Assembly (NCBI RefSeq): GCF_006345805.1
Contig: NC_043000.1
Span: 38,750,001-38,814,000 of the forward strand
Reading direction: 5' to 3'
DNA length: 64,000 bases
Source: Octopus sinensis
Taxonomy: Eukaryota
Of this stretch, positions 10,791-24,025 are shown piece after piece. How positions within the stretch are numbered: position 1 is the stretch's first letter; every line of letters begins with the position of its first letter. The position numbers were made by a program, and so were the translations under genes. The notes under the pieces are model-generated. The model saw only the letters and a program-made list of their open reading frames with translations. It made no database searches and was not told the origin of the DNA.

Positions 10791-11833
10791 AATATATTTA
10801 TATATTTGTTGGCAGAAGTTGCAAGGTGACTCATGTTAAGGCTCCAAACATTACATTAATGCATCAAAACGAAACAATAACAAGAAACACTCGGCCCTTG
10901 AGTTAATTTCTGACTCCTGACAGTCAAAACAATGTGCGTGTTTGTGGGTCTGGGTGTGTATGTGTATTTCTTTTTACAAAGATCAGGCTGACAATGATTG
11001 CGAAAATTCAGCTTAATTGCCGTCATCATACAGTGATTCATATACATGCTTCGTATTTGCATTATAACAATTAACTGACCATCTTAGACAAGAATTAAAA
11101 TTGCATGTACAAAATAATATTCCACTCTGCAAGTAAGCCTACCAAGTATCATATGTGCTGACATGTTTAGACCTTGGACAGCACATCCAAACGAAACAAT
11201 AACAGACACGTAAACCAAATTAACAGATATTAACAGCATGCAGAGTTATATCTACAGAACGAAATATAATATCTTATCAGCACTGAAATTCTTTCCTCGG
11301 CAGCCTAACGGATATCATAACGATTTTGATGCCTAGTATCTGCTGCATGGGATTCTTGCGTTAGATGGAGCGTTTCATGTGAAAATTAAGTGTGGTACAT
11401 GCTAGTAGTTGTATGAAATGTGGGTGGAGATAGGGAGAAGAACGTAAATGATTCTAGCAGGTGTAGGGGACACAGTTTCATGAGAAAAATTGTTATTGCT
11501 TGGGTTAAGTAAGATATTTATATGAAGAACAAAATATCCATAGGACTCCATGTTTCAGACAGTTGGAAGATACATGTAGCTATCATTTTTTTCTATGGAC
11601 CCTAAAATAACACAATTCCAGCCTATAGCCTCAAACAATAAGAAAGCTGTACATACAAAATATTTTGTTTAGTACATTAGTCAATTACAAAATTAGAAAA
11701 TTCAAGCAGCACGAATTATTACCTCTCTCTTTTTCTCTCTCTCTCTCTCTCTCACACATACACACACGCATACACACATACACACACACAAACACATACA
11801 AACATATATATATATACACGCACACACGCACAC

Positions 11834-11874
<41 letters not shown>

Positions 11875-12158
11875 AATAATTAATATCAGGAGAAGAGGCA
11901 TTTATAAAATCATTTGGATTTAGCAAACTGAGGATTTACGGAGTATAGCAAATTGAGCTAACTGGAGTTTGTCTACATTCCTTAAGGTTAGCTGACATTG
12001 TCTAGCGGTAAAAGCGAACACGATACCCTCTAGCATTATATATCTCTGATTTGATTCTGCCTTAAGTTAGCTCATCATTTTTCGGTCCTTTGTTTGTATT
12101 TAAAACTTGTCCCTTCCAATCGGAAAATAAATATTATTATAATATATTATTATACAGT

Positions 12159-12194
<36 letters not shown>

Positions 12195-12211
12195 ATATAT
12201 ATTATTTTATA

Positions 12212-12415
12212 TTTTTACTTGGTGTCAGTCATTTGGCTGCGGCCATGCTGGAGTACCGCTTTTAGTCGAATCAAATCGACCCCAGGACTTATTCTTCGTA
12301 AGCTTAGTACTTATTCTATCAGTTCTTTGGCCGAACCGCTAAGTCACGGGGAACTAAACACACCGGCATCGGTTGTCAAGCGATGTTGGGGTGGGGGATA
12401 AACACAGATACACAA
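12212..12415 (-). mobile_element. SINE tail B (solo)
   Basis: Reverse complement of tail B, with no head across the adjacent microsatellite. Confidence 0.85.
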
Positions 12416-12609
12416 CATACACACACACATACATACATACATATATATATATACATAAATATATCATTATTTGTACATAAGAGAGAGAGATGGTGCATGT
12501 ATGCTTAATTCATCGTTGATACCTAATGAAATCACACAGATATTATTATGATATATGCATAGACACGCATAAACGCGCATGCATATATATATATATATAT
12601 TATGCACAC

Positions 12610-12619
12610 ACACTCACAG

Positions 12620-12670
<51 letters not shown>

Positions 12671-12677
12671 TAGATAT

Positions 12678-12760
<83 letters not shown>

Positions 12761-12801
12761 TAGATATAGATATAGATATAGATATACGTATGTATGTATA
12801 T
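12610..12801. repeat. (TA)n/(AGAT)n compound microsatellite
   Basis: Direct reading. Confidence 0.95.
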
Positions 12802-13301
12802 ATCTTAGGCAGGAAGGCTGTGAAAGCCTCCTTAGAAAATCTAGTAAATACCTTTGAGAAGACATGAAAAAGTGGCTAGCGAGATTTCACCAAGAATCGA
12901 AACCTTCATCTCCGTACCATTAAGCTAAGACGCCCCTGATACCAGGTACCGCCCTTTTATGCGGGTAAGGAATAACTTTTGGAATGTGAGACCATTTTAT
13001 TAGTGCTGAGTGTGTTGATATTCTACAGAAAATAAAGGAATTCTCGAACATATGACGGCTATCAGGTTAATACCTTTTGGAATCCTGCACCTCCCAAATT
13101 CCAGCCGTTGTTCTCTAGGTTTGTTCAAAGCGTCGATGTTCGCGACATCATCAGTGACTTGAACTTTCTTCCTCCAGATCTGCTTCAACAAACGAATCTA
13201 CATCAAGAATCTTGCAAACCAAATACGAACCTCTCTCTCTTTCTCTCGATTTCTCCGCCACTTTCTTCTTTCCCTCCCTCTCTCTCTCTTCTCTCTCTCT
13301 C

Positions 13302-13352
<51 letters not shown>

Positions 13353-13735
13353 TCACGCACGTCAATGTCTGCAGACTGCGCTTGGTTATATACAATACTG
13401 CCCAGACATGACTTGACTCCATATGGTTATTATTAAGCAGCCAATAATTTTATGATATTTAAAAAATTTCAGACGTGCAGCGATTCTTAGCCATTCTTAT
13501 GTAATTAAAGAATTATGTAAACAAGATTATGATGACTAGTTAGTGGATTGGTTAATTACATTTCTTTCAAATTTTCAATACAAACACGACGATATGTTAC
13601 CAGTTTGTTAATTGCCGACGAGAATATTAATATACCTCGGGTGTATAATATTTCAGCCATTAGATTATTCAGTGAAATACTATTCTCAAATGCGGAAATT
13701 TATGACTTTTTCTTTTTTGATATTTATTTGCTGAA

Positions 13736-13955
13736 GGCGGTGCGCTGGCAGAATCCTTAGCGCGTCGAACAATTCATTTATGGGCATTTTTTTTTTCTTT
13801 CAGGTTGATACGTTCCGATTTCAAATCCCACCGAGGCCAAATATGCCGCCCATTTCCTCGGGACGTTGTATAATAAAGTACTAGTCATTTACTAGAATCC
13901 ATGTAACTGACTTGTACCCCAACATCTCAAGCATTGCTGGTCTTCACCCATGAAA
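13736..13955 (+). mobile_element. Diverged SINE family C
   Basis: GGCGGTGCGCTGGCAGAATCCTTAGC...TTCAAATCCCACCGAGG. Confidence 0.75.
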
Positions 13956-15625
13956 CAGACCGGTGTTCTGTTCGATTGGATGTTGTAATCTTGATCATTT
14001 ATACTCCATGGAAACCGGTTAACAGTTCTTATGAATCTTAGAACTCCAGAAAAATAAAACTCTCTGCTTATAGAATAAATAGAAAGAGTATCATTCACTT
14101 TTGGTGCAATCAGAATATAGAGCAAAATTCTTCAATTTCTGTCGAGATTTGGAGTATATATGTAGCAATATTCCTGGTGGATTAAAATTTAATATATTTT
14201 GAAGCATTTAGTTATGTACCATTAATCCTGGGGTTTATTTCCGGTGGAGGTTTTTCTTTACTGTCCATCCTTCAATTTCAGGGCGCGGAATATTTCAATT
14301 TCACAAACAGTGTTACGCATCTGTAAATGGACAGTTTGCTATTCTAATAAAATATCGACCAGTTCTTAGAGGCCATGATCGACGGCTCGGTTCGTATATC
14401 TGATTAAATATAACGACACAGATACATAAGCACCCCACGGTTCAGTAACGTTATTCACGGCCTAGGGGTGTGATCGCATTTATATTGTATATTAGAATTT
14501 CTTCCCTCGAGACAGCTTAAGCGGCGTATTGTCTTTCCGTATCCGTATGTAGACCAACAGGTCAAATAAGTGATGGCAACATTATATGTCATTCGATACT
14601 GCTTAATGTGCCTCTAACTAATTCATTCCGGCTTCACTCTGCTTTCCGCACATCAGTATACGATTTGCTATTGTAACATAAGAGCGACTATTGCTTAATG
14701 GCCATGAGCGACGACTCGGTATACGTAGCTTGTGAAGTGTTACAACTCAAAACCGCATGTTTTTTATAGCTTTTGGACATCATATATGGTCTTATAATGT
14801 GTTTACATCTGTTAGTGTTTGTCTAAACACCTACACCAGACGTTTACGGATGTAACACTCTGCGGTTGATCCATCCCAACTGGAATTTAATTGCGCTATA
14901 TTCTTGGTGAGAAAATCTCTGCCTCCTATTTGCCATCGGCTGGATGTGGTGACGGCTAGCGGCTGCCTCAGCGTTCTGTAATTACCGCTAAAGGTGCTTA
15001 TATAGAGAGCACGGCGAGAAAGTTCTAGTAAATCGTATCGCACGATAGCAGGATGCTGACTGGTCGCTAAATAGACCAATCAAGTGAAACTACTGAGCTC
15101 AAACCATCATGTCTGTTCGGCGACCTAGTGATTCGGTTTCGAATCTTCGACACACCCATATTGTCTATAAGAAGAATCTTTTCTCCCTAAACAACTTATT
15201 AGCGTAGCATCGTATAGCGTTTCCATGCGCAAATGCACATAAACATGACAGTACGTGAATAAGCGTTAACAATTGGCGTCGAGTCAATTACAAACATATC
15301 TCTCTTCAAATTGATGGTCAACATGAACACAGAATGAAACAATGCAATTTTAGCTTTGGGGGTGCTGTGTTTTACCAATTCTCACTACGGCCATGCTGTG
15401 ACACCACCTTTCAGAATATCCCCGACAGAAACAGAAACCACGTCTTTGAGTTTGAGAATGATGTCGCAATCATATACACTAATGTTTTCATATAAATTCT
15501 TTCCCTTAATAAAAAATGTATTTAGAAAATGTAGCTGATTCTATAAATAGTACTCCTGATATCATGTAATCGCTCCATATGTTAAAATATCATACATTTA
15601 ATTTTCACAGTACCCATTGCTGAAA

Positions 15626-15838
15626 AGCTGCGTGCTGGCGGAATTGTTAGCACGCTGGGCGAAATGCTAAGCGGCATTTCGTCCGTCTTTACGTTCTGAG
15701 TTCCAATTCCACCGACGTCGACTCTGTCATTTATCCTTTCGGAGCCGATAAGATAAGTACGAGTTGAATACTGGGCTAGCTTTAATCGACATATCCACTT
15801 CTCCTGTACTTGATGCCATTATGCCAAAATTTGAAACA
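15626..15838 (+). mobile_element. SINE family C (C2)
   Basis: GCTGGCGGAATTGTTAGCACGCTGGGCGAAATGC...GTCGACTCTGTCATTTATCCTTTCGG. Confidence 0.8.
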
Positions 15839-16276
15839 AATAAAATTCATCGGTGTAAACTAATAAATCTCACAAACTAAGCGTTCGCCAGAGAGTAAGG
15901 GTAATATAGAAAAATGGATATGCCTAAGTCAACATGCAAACGTATTTATGAAGCAAACATAAACACATAAAGTAGATACTCACTTGAAATACAATATTGA
16001 AAAATTACTAGATTTTGTGGCACGGTTTTTAGGTGAGAAGGGGATGGAATTTAGCCAAACAAATATTCATATTCGGTAGTTAAACACAGGAAAGCTGTTT
16101 TTCAGCCTTCAAGGCATAAATGGTTTCTGTCTCTGCTGTTCTATACAATGTGTGCTAAAAATACCGATATATTCACCAAAATATATCGATGTGCCGTGAA
16201 TTAAGATGGAGTTTCAAACATTTTTCTGTCAGATATGAAAGGAAAAACACTCTGGCAGTAGAAGAATTCTGAAGTA

Positions 16277-16455
16277 AAAAAAAAATGAAACACGACGCAT
16301 GCGTGGCTCTGTGGTAAGAATCTTGTTTCCCAAGTACACGGTTCTGGGTTCGATCCCACTGAGTGCAGTCTTGAGGAAGTGTCTTTCACAATAGCTTTGA
16401 GCCGACCCAAACCTTGTGAGTGGATTTGGTAGAAAGTAAGTGAACCAAGCACATC
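16277..16455 (+). mobile_element. SINE head A (solo)
   Basis: GTGGCTCTGTGGTAAG...GGGTTCGATCCC...CCTTGTGAGTGGATTTGGTAGA. Confidence 0.8.
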
Positions 16456-16885
16456 GCGTGTATGTGTGCGTGTGTGTGTGTATAATCTTAGGTCCTGGTA
16501 GGGTGTAAAGGTAGGGAATTTCCAGAGAAACCCCTCAAACTTGAACATTGGGCTATCAACATTGTCGGGTTCCAGACGAATGCTGGAATTATTCAGGTCA
16601 CAGTGGGGTTTGACGAAGAGTAAATTATAATCCAAATAATAAAAGACAAAAAATCCTTTAAAACATCTTTAATGATTCGTTACATTTGCTTCTGTACCAA
16701 CTTTACATACCACGCCATTTTATGCAAAGGTGTGCTGTCACCTTTGTTGCAAATCTGGTGAAGGGTCACTTTAAAACTGAAAACAATACGCAAATTTTCA
16801 CTTCGAAGTTTTTGCGTGAACTGGATTTGCTAGCAGAGATGGTACAGAAGCAACTGTAACGAATCGTTAAACATGTGTTAAAGAA

Positions 16886-17005
16886 TTTCTTCTTCTTCTT
16901 CTTCTTCTTCTTCTTCTTCTTCTTCTTCTTCTTCTTCTTCTTCTTCTTCTTCTTCTTCTCCTCCTCCTCCTCCTCCTCCACCTCCTCCTTATTCTCCTTC
17001 TTCTT
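16886..17005. repeat. (TTC)n/(CTC)n microsatellite
   Basis: Direct reading. Confidence 0.95.
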
Positions 17006-17043
17006 CCTCGGATTATACATAAATATGAATATATATATATATA

Positions 17044-17281
17044 CAGGGTGACCCAAAAGTAGGTTCCCAGTTATCACGTAGGCATTTTAAATTTCATTTA
17101 AAACATTTTATTACATTTAAATTTCTGTCTTACAAACTGAAAAGGGAGCTTGACAAAATTAACTAAATTAGCATATAATAATGGTTCCATAATTTTTTTA
17201 TAATTAAGATCTAAACTCTTAATATATGAATGCGAAAGAGATATAATTGAATAGCTGTAAACCTACTTTTGAGCCACACTG
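17044..17281. mobile_element. Tc1/mariner-type MITE (238 bp)
   Basis: TA|CAGGGTGACCCAAAAGTAGGTT ... AACCTACTTTTGAGCCACACTG|TA: imperfect 22-bp TIRs with TA on both sides. Confidence 0.85.
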
Positions 17282-19080
17282 TATACATACATACACATAC
17301 ATACATACATACATACATACATACATACATACATACATACATACATACATGCATGCATACGTACATACATACATACATACATAAATAAACCTCTTTTGAA
17401 ATCAGCACAAGCTTTCAATTGTTTTTCTTATAAGTTGACAAGGTGAGATGAGTCTAACCCTAGGCGCGGTAAGAGCCACCGATGAGAAATAAGATGCTCT
17501 GCATTAAAATTCGAAATCACCGGAGATATGGTTATATTTGCGACCGGAAGGAGCTTATCTCCTTGTCAGCTTATGAAGGTAGTGCTCTCGTGGCTAGTGA
17601 GTCGGTTTAACGCTTATTTCTAGCAATGCCGATACGACTTTGTACCCTCCGTCGCTTTAGTGACGTCTATTAATTTGCCTTTAGGTTGCTAATATATGAG
17701 TGTGAGGACAATAAATCGAAGCGTCGGCATCAGGGCGTGGATTTAGTTATTGGCAGGACTTAAGAGATCAGATTCCTGGCTTTGAACTACCAGAATGTCA
17801 TGTAGAGGATCTTGAATACAAGACACTGGATGAGACCCTAATATTCCTAGTTAGATGGAAACTGTGGGACCACATGGAGCAGTGCCTTGTGACTCCGATA
17901 GTATGCACAACCGGAACCGCTACTGAGTCGTCCTATGAGAAGACGTAGATAAATGAGAGATGAAGTTACAATTTCAATATCATAGTATACAGTGGGCCCA
18001 AGCAATAAGGATAGGGGCCTTATATACGCATTTATGGGTGTATACACACACACACACATACACACAAGCATATATATATATATTATATATATATATATAT
18101 ATATATGTACATACATACACACACAAAATATAAACGATTACTTACGCTAGGTAAGTGCTGTAACGGATTACTAGGTCTCCAAGTTTATAGCTGAGACGGT
18201 AGTTATGGAGCCACTGCGAATATTCGACATAGCGGATATATAATTACCAAAGAGAACAACAAACGTTAAGGCAAAGCAATCATCTCAAGTCATATACATT
18301 ATTATTACTGGAAAAAATTCAGTTGTTTCTGGGATACTCTGGGCTATCCCAGAAACAGCCCGATAGGTCGAAACGATTGTAGTGCTGAATAAAGAATCCC
18401 GTGAATTCTATTTTCTTACTGTTTCTCTCATGTTATAAACTCTCCGGAGACGAAGGAATTTCAGAGTCATATCCAGTGGCATTTAAATCCATACTGTTGA
18501 TGACATCAAGTATCCTAGTACAGTGAACGGACTGTAAATAGCAAAGTGCATACCCAAATTTAATATTATTACACATACACACACTCACGCACACACTTGC
18601 AAAACGTACACATTCACAGGTTCAATTACATCCATGTTCATACATATGCAGACAGATATAGGAAAGATATAGCCATCGTGACACTCTTAGACCTAGGTTT
18701 CTGGGTTGTTTCTCGTCCTCAGTGCGTGACAACCACAGGCTACTAAAAGAATCACAAAGGCTAGAGATAGCAGCGATGATCTCCCTTGTTTATGCTATAC
18801 AGAAACAAACTGTGTGTCGATAGCCACAGGAAAAGATGTTTCCTGGGGCTAAACAACAATAATATCGTCCTTGTATAGGACTACCGCATTCTATTGGCAA
18901 ATAAACTTTACTATTCGGTAGTGTTACGGCATATTTCTTGCTCAGATATTTAAAACTAGCCATTTTTCTCTGTATACATATATATCATACATACATTCTG
19001 CAAACATATATACCTCATATACACATACATATATAACATACATGCATGCATACACATAATCATGCTTACACACACACACT

Positions 19081-19158
<78 letters not shown>

Positions 19159-19325
19159 GTGTGTGCATATATACATAATGAATACTTCATCTTGACAGAT
19201 AACAGCCGTCTAAATCAATCGAAATCCTTCCGATAATCTCCATTACGTCTGGATGCTTGAGAAAACTATCACGTAGGGAGCTCCGCCTAAACAATGTCTG
19301 TTCAAGATATATAATATACGTGAAA

Positions 19326-19615
19326 GCACCAGGCCTAGTGGGTAGGGCACTGGACACGCGATCGCTACATTATGGGTTCGATTCCCAGACCGAGCGGCGC
19401 CTTGTGTTCTTGAGAAAAACACTTCTTTTCATCTTGCCTCAGTTCATTCAGCTGTAAATGGACACCCTGAGACAGAATAGCCCTCCGATCAGGAGGAATG
19501 GTTGGTGTGCTCGCCTAGCCAGGAGGGGTGGCATCATTCTAAAACTAAAACAATGCGAAGCGGATTGTGATCAGTGATGTATAACAGTATTCCATAGTCT
19601 GGTCGATTCCGTGCT
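19326..19615 (+). mobile_element. tRNA-derived SINE (family E)
   Basis: A-box-like GGCCTAGTGG, B-box GGTTCGATTCC, CORE-like TTGTGTTCTTGAGAAAAACACTT. Confidence 0.7.
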
Positions 19616-19690
19616 ACACATACACCCACACCCACACACAGACACACACAAACGCACATAGATACAAATCTTTGTGTGTATGTGTGTATT

Positions 19691-19989
19691 GTTATTTATT
19701 CCTTCTCAGGCCACACCTGGCTCATAGGGCTGGTTTCCCGGTTTTCTTGGCGTATAGGTTCCTCACCTGGAAGGGACGCCGTTCCGACGCAGGTGAATTA
19801 CAAGATGCAGGAGGAAAGAGTGAGAGAAAGTTGTGGCGAAAGTGTCAGCAGAAGTTCGCCAATACCTTCTGCCGGAGCCGCGTGAAACTTAGGTGCTTAG
19901 CTCATAAACACACACATCGCCCGGTCTGAGATTCGAACCCGTGATCCCTCGACCGCGAGTCCGCTGCTCTAACCACTAGGCCATGTGCC
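19691..19989 (-). mobile_element. tRNA-derived SINE (family F)
   Basis: Minus strand GGCACATGGCCTAGTGGTTAGAGCAGCGGACTCGCGG...GGGTTCGAATCTC, then a non-tRNA body ending GAAACCAGCCCTATGAGCC. Confidence 0.8.
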
Positions 19990-20506
19990 TCCGTGTGCAT
20001 ATATACATATACACAAAGACTCTACATAATGGAATATGCACAATCAACTAAGTGTATGTATGCGTGTACATTTAAAAAACAAACGAAATATATATACTTC
20101 AAAAGAGTTTGTTAAATTGTCACAGGAGCAGCGTATATTGAGCTCCTTGATACATTTCAGCAACCACATTGCGTATTTACTGAAGTGAGTTGAAGGAGAT
20201 CATCTTAAACCAGAATGCTCTCAACTTGAAAAACAATGGATTATCGCATATACTTTCATCAGAATCGAATAAATGTAAAAGCATTAGCAACGCAGTTTGA
20301 GAATAAGATCGCATAAACTTAAATTATAGATCACATAAGCTGAAAATAGGGCCACATCTGAGAATAGACAACTTAGATCGATATATTATAAAGGCAAAAT
20401 GATGACGACATTGTTTTCCAATGAATCTAAAACAGTATTTGGTGGTCTCAACATAAATAGCACTGTTAGTGTAAAAGCTATTCCACCACAAGAACAAGTA
20501 AAGAGC

Positions 20507-20569
20507 ACTACGAGTCAGTAGTAGAGTACTACGAGTCAGTAGTGGAGAACTACGAGTCTGTAAAGAAGG
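20507..20569. repeat. 21-bp minisatellite, 3 units (ACTACGAGTCAGTAGTAGAGT-like)
   Basis: Units start at 20507, 20528 and 20549; the third is degenerate. Confidence 0.85.
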
Positions 20570-20640
20570 AGACACGATATGTTTCCGAGACCAAAGGATG
20601 AATGAGCTAAAACTTAGATTCTTAAACTTCATAAATATAT

Positions 20641-21033
20641 TCTTTTATTCTTTTATTCTTTTACTTGTTTCAGTCATGTGAATGCGGCCATGTTAGAAAA
20701 CTGCTTTTAGTCTAATAAATCGACTCCACGACTTCTTTTTTGTAAGCGTAGTACTTATTCTATCTGAATCTCTTGGCGAGCCGCTAGGTTACGGAGGCAT
20801 AAACACACCAACATCGGTTGGCAAGCGGTGGTAGAGAGACAAACACAGACGCACAAATACTTTATATATATATATATACGACGGGCTTCTTTCAGTTTCC
20901 GTCTACCAAATACACTCACAAGGCTTTAGTCGGCCCGAAGAAATAGAAGACGCTTGCCCGAAGTGCCACGCAGTGCGACTGAACCCCGTACCATGTGGTT
21001 GAGAAGCAAGCTTCTTACAACACAGCCACTCCT
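20641..21033 (-). mobile_element. Composite SINE A-B
   Basis: Reverse complement of the 6053-type element. Confidence 0.9.
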
Positions 21034-21045
21034 ATAATATTGCTG

Positions 21046-21252
21046 GTTTCGATTTTTGGCTCAAGGCCAGCAATTTCGGGGGCGGGGTGGGGTGGAGTGG
21101 GAACCAGTTGGTTACATCAATCCCAGTGTTCAACTGGTACTTATTTTATCGAACACATAAATGACAAAATGGAAAGTTGACTTCGGTGGAATTTGAGGAA
21201 ATGCCACTAAACATTTTGTCCAGTGTGATAACAATTTTACAAGGTAGCCACC
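21046..21252 (-). mobile_element. SINE family C (C2)
   Basis: Reverse complement of the family-C consensus. Confidence 0.75.
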
Positions 21253-21402
21253 TCAAGAATAATATAACGGGTAAATATAGTAAGTATAGTTTTGCCACTA
21301 TGGGTAAGATCGGGAAACATGGTACACATAAAATAGTTATAATTTAAGCTAAAAAGCCAGTTCAAAAAACTCTCTCAGTGATTATTTCAGTAGTTGCACT
21401 AG

Positions 21403-21562
21403 CAAGTAATGTTCGTTGCCACTTCAACATCACTGTTCCGTTCAAGCGGAGTTTACTGCGATTTTTTAACCACAAGAGGACATAACCTCTTGAGGTTAAA
21501 AAAATTGCAGTAAATTCCGCTCGAACGGAGCCGCCATATGAACTGTCTACGAACATTACTTG
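21403..21562. mobile_element. Fold-back palindromic MITE-like element (160 bp)
   Basis: CAAGTAATGTTCGT/ACGAACATTACTTG outer arms and a near-perfect inner stem around loop ACATAA. Confidence 0.8.
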
Positions 21563-21696
21563 TTAATTATTATTTAACTTTTATGAAATTTCTTGATTAT
21601 TGAACAAAATAATGAAATAAATATTAATTTTTAAACGGAAAAATTTTATTGCCTTAGAGTAAAATTAAATATGAAAATTTGTCATTTTTATAACTA

Positions 21697-22013
21697 GCAT
21701 TCTCGTCTTTACAACGATGAGGTTTCCAGTTAATCCGGGTAATGGAACAGCCTGCTCGTGAAATTAACGAGCAAGTGGCTGAGCACTCCACAGATATATG
21801 TACCCTTAATGTAGTACTGAGGGAGATTCAGCATGACACAGAACGTGACAAGGCCGACCTTTTGAAATACAAGTACTATTAACTTTTGCCAGCCGAGTGG
21901 ACTAAAGAAAGGTACAATAAGATGTCTTGGTCAAGAACACAACGCGCCGCCGTGACTTGAACTCGCGACCTGATGGAAATGAGTCGATTACCATAACCAC
22001 TGAGTCACGCGCC
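21697..22013 (-). mobile_element. tRNA-derived SINE family D
   Basis: Minus strand GGCGCGTGACTCAGTGGTTA...GAGTTCAAGTC...TTGTGTTCTTGACCAAGAC; body shared with 63716-63934. Confidence 0.85.
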
Positions 22014-22847
22014 TTCACTCATTTGCATAAGTCCTACCTTAACTCTCTCATTTATACTATTCTTCTCCTCCTCATTCTCCCCACTACTATTACTGCTGCT
22101 GCTGCTGAGACTACAACTACTACTAGTACTCTATTATTCTTTCCCTGTCCCCGTGTGTGTGTAGAGCTCTTTTACTCTTTGCCTCGCATGTGCACTCAGC
22201 CTGCAACTCCCATGTTACTTCTCTCTCGCTCTCTCTCTTTCTCTGTATCTATCTACATATCTATCTATCTCTTATTTACCTTTTGTCTTTACACAATGTA
22301 AACGCTAACTGGAAAAATCAACCCACCAAACGACCAACATTTATATCAGCCATTATTACACAGAGATATAAAAATGTACGACTGAATGACAGAAATCTGA
22401 AATTACTAAATCGATATTCAGAAGTTCTGGCATTGTGTAATACAGATTATCGGTATAGGTAATCTTACCATTCATCACAAAGATCTTATCCAAATCTTAT
22501 CCAACTGTATGCAACGGCACTAAAGCATGATGGAGAGTACTGACATGTTTAAAACATCTTACTTTGAAGATTACAGCTATGAATCCAGGAACAAGAAATA
22601 ACTATGTAAGACATACGAAAACAAAGCAGAGGTACAAAAATGCAGAAGATATAAAAATAAAGCATTGAGAGAAAAAGTGCATGGTGTTAAAAAAAAATAA
22701 CAATTGCGAGATAATATTTTCTACGATGTGAAGATAACCAGACATTACTTTAATGAAATAAGAATTAAAAATAACCAATGAGACGGAAAATTAAAAACCG
22801 CGTGATTAGTAGTAAATTATATATATATATACATATATATGTGTATG

Positions 22848-22892
<45 letters not shown>

Positions 22893-23734
22893 AACATTTA
22901 CGAAATTGAAATATAGTTGAACAGTGATGTTTGGAATACAGAAACATACTCTGTTGTGGAAAAATAAATGGTGCGTCGAAATAAATGTGCTGGAAATGTC
23001 CAGGACAAAATGTATATGAAATATTGATTGATAAAAAAGGATACTATATGAGGAACTAAATACATTTTCAGGTTTATAGCATTTACGCTGGGCCGGATTA
23101 AGACCCATAAAGGCCCTAAGCACTTTAAAAAAAATGTTGCCCCCATACATATGCCATTCAAATATAAAGGGTAATAAACCATAAACTAAATTTTCTTTTC
23201 CAAAACGAAGCAACACTAATAGTAAGACGGAAAATGATGTTTATTTTTGCAGACTTCTACTTATATTTGGAAGGCTTTCTCCTACATTTCTTCATTGTGA
23301 ATTCTTTGATGAGTTCTTCAGGATTAATCTTACGTAACACGTCTGCTTTTATACTTAACAGAAATAAGGTGTCTAGCCTTGTTGCATAGTTATGATGCTG
23401 GAATTCATATTGAGAAAATGAACGCTCACTTGATAATGTTGACTACTAATGTTAAAAATACACGAAAGGCGATGCCTGCATCTGGAAATGCCCACTCAGG
23501 ATTCTCTTCTGCTGTTATTTTATAGAGTTCAGACTGACTGAAACTTGTTTTACATGTGTAACTGCACTGATCTTATGGCACACATACGGGTGAAACTGCT
23601 GGAGTTCAGTCGAGAAATTAAACCCTAGGGTAAGTATCAATCGGTTTTTGACAACAATGAAAGATAAGTTCAATTTCAGTAGATGACGAAGTCATTATTT
23701 GGAACTTAGAAGAGAAAATATTTCTAGTATCATT

Positions 23735-23909
23735 TACATTATTTACATTTGACGGATATTTGTCCTCATCTTGTTTGTTAACACAACGTTTCGGCTGATA
23801 TACCCTCCAGCTTCATCAGGTGTCTTGGGGAAATTTCGAATCTGGGTTCTCAGTCCTAAGGTATTTTTCGGTGGTGTTGTTGTTGTTGTTATTATTATTA
23901 TTATTATTA

Positions 23910-23963
<54 letters not shown>

Positions 23964-24025
23964 TATTCAGGTCACTGCTTGGAATCGAACTCAGAACCTT
24001 GGGATTAGTAGCCCGCGCCCATAAC
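23735..24025 (-). mobile_element. tRNA-headed short element with (AAT)n linker and hammerhead-bearing Penelope-type tail
   Basis: Minus strand GGTTATGGGCGCGGGCTACTAATCCCAAGGTTCTGAGTTCGATTCC (B box 23981-23992), then (AAT)n, then the tail carrying the hammerhead at 23780-23824. Confidence 0.75.
23780..23824 (-). ncRNA. Minimal hammerhead ribozyme motif
   Basis: GACAC-CTGATGA-A-GCTG-GAGGGTATAT-CAGC-C-GAAA-CGT-T|GTGTT. Confidence 0.8.

Noticed and set aside
11954-12074. 10-bp inverted repeat TGAGCTAACT/AGTTAGCTCA as a MITE
   Set aside because: Short, no target-site duplication and no second copy
12880-12942. tRNA-like string on the minus strand (GGGGCGTCTTAGCTTAATGG...GGTTTCGATTC)
   Set aside because: Spacing is too short for an anticodon arm; no cloverleaf and no second copy
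13100-13160. CTGATGA + GTCG/CGAC stem on the minus strand as a hammerhead
   Set aside because: No adjacent GAAA and no helix I or III
13000-13210. Possible exon or ORF (63 aa minus, 102 aa plus)
   Set aside because: No recognisable motif; the plus ORF runs into (CT)n; splice sites are not convincing
19915-19989. tRNA gene (and similar heads at 6053, 21940-22013, 23968-24025, 31045)
   Set aside because: A/B boxes are present, but the acceptor and anticodon stems do not pair and each continues into a repeated SINE body
20507-20569. CRISPR-like array
   Set aside because: Units are contiguous with no unique spacers, there are no cas genes, and the context is eukaryotic
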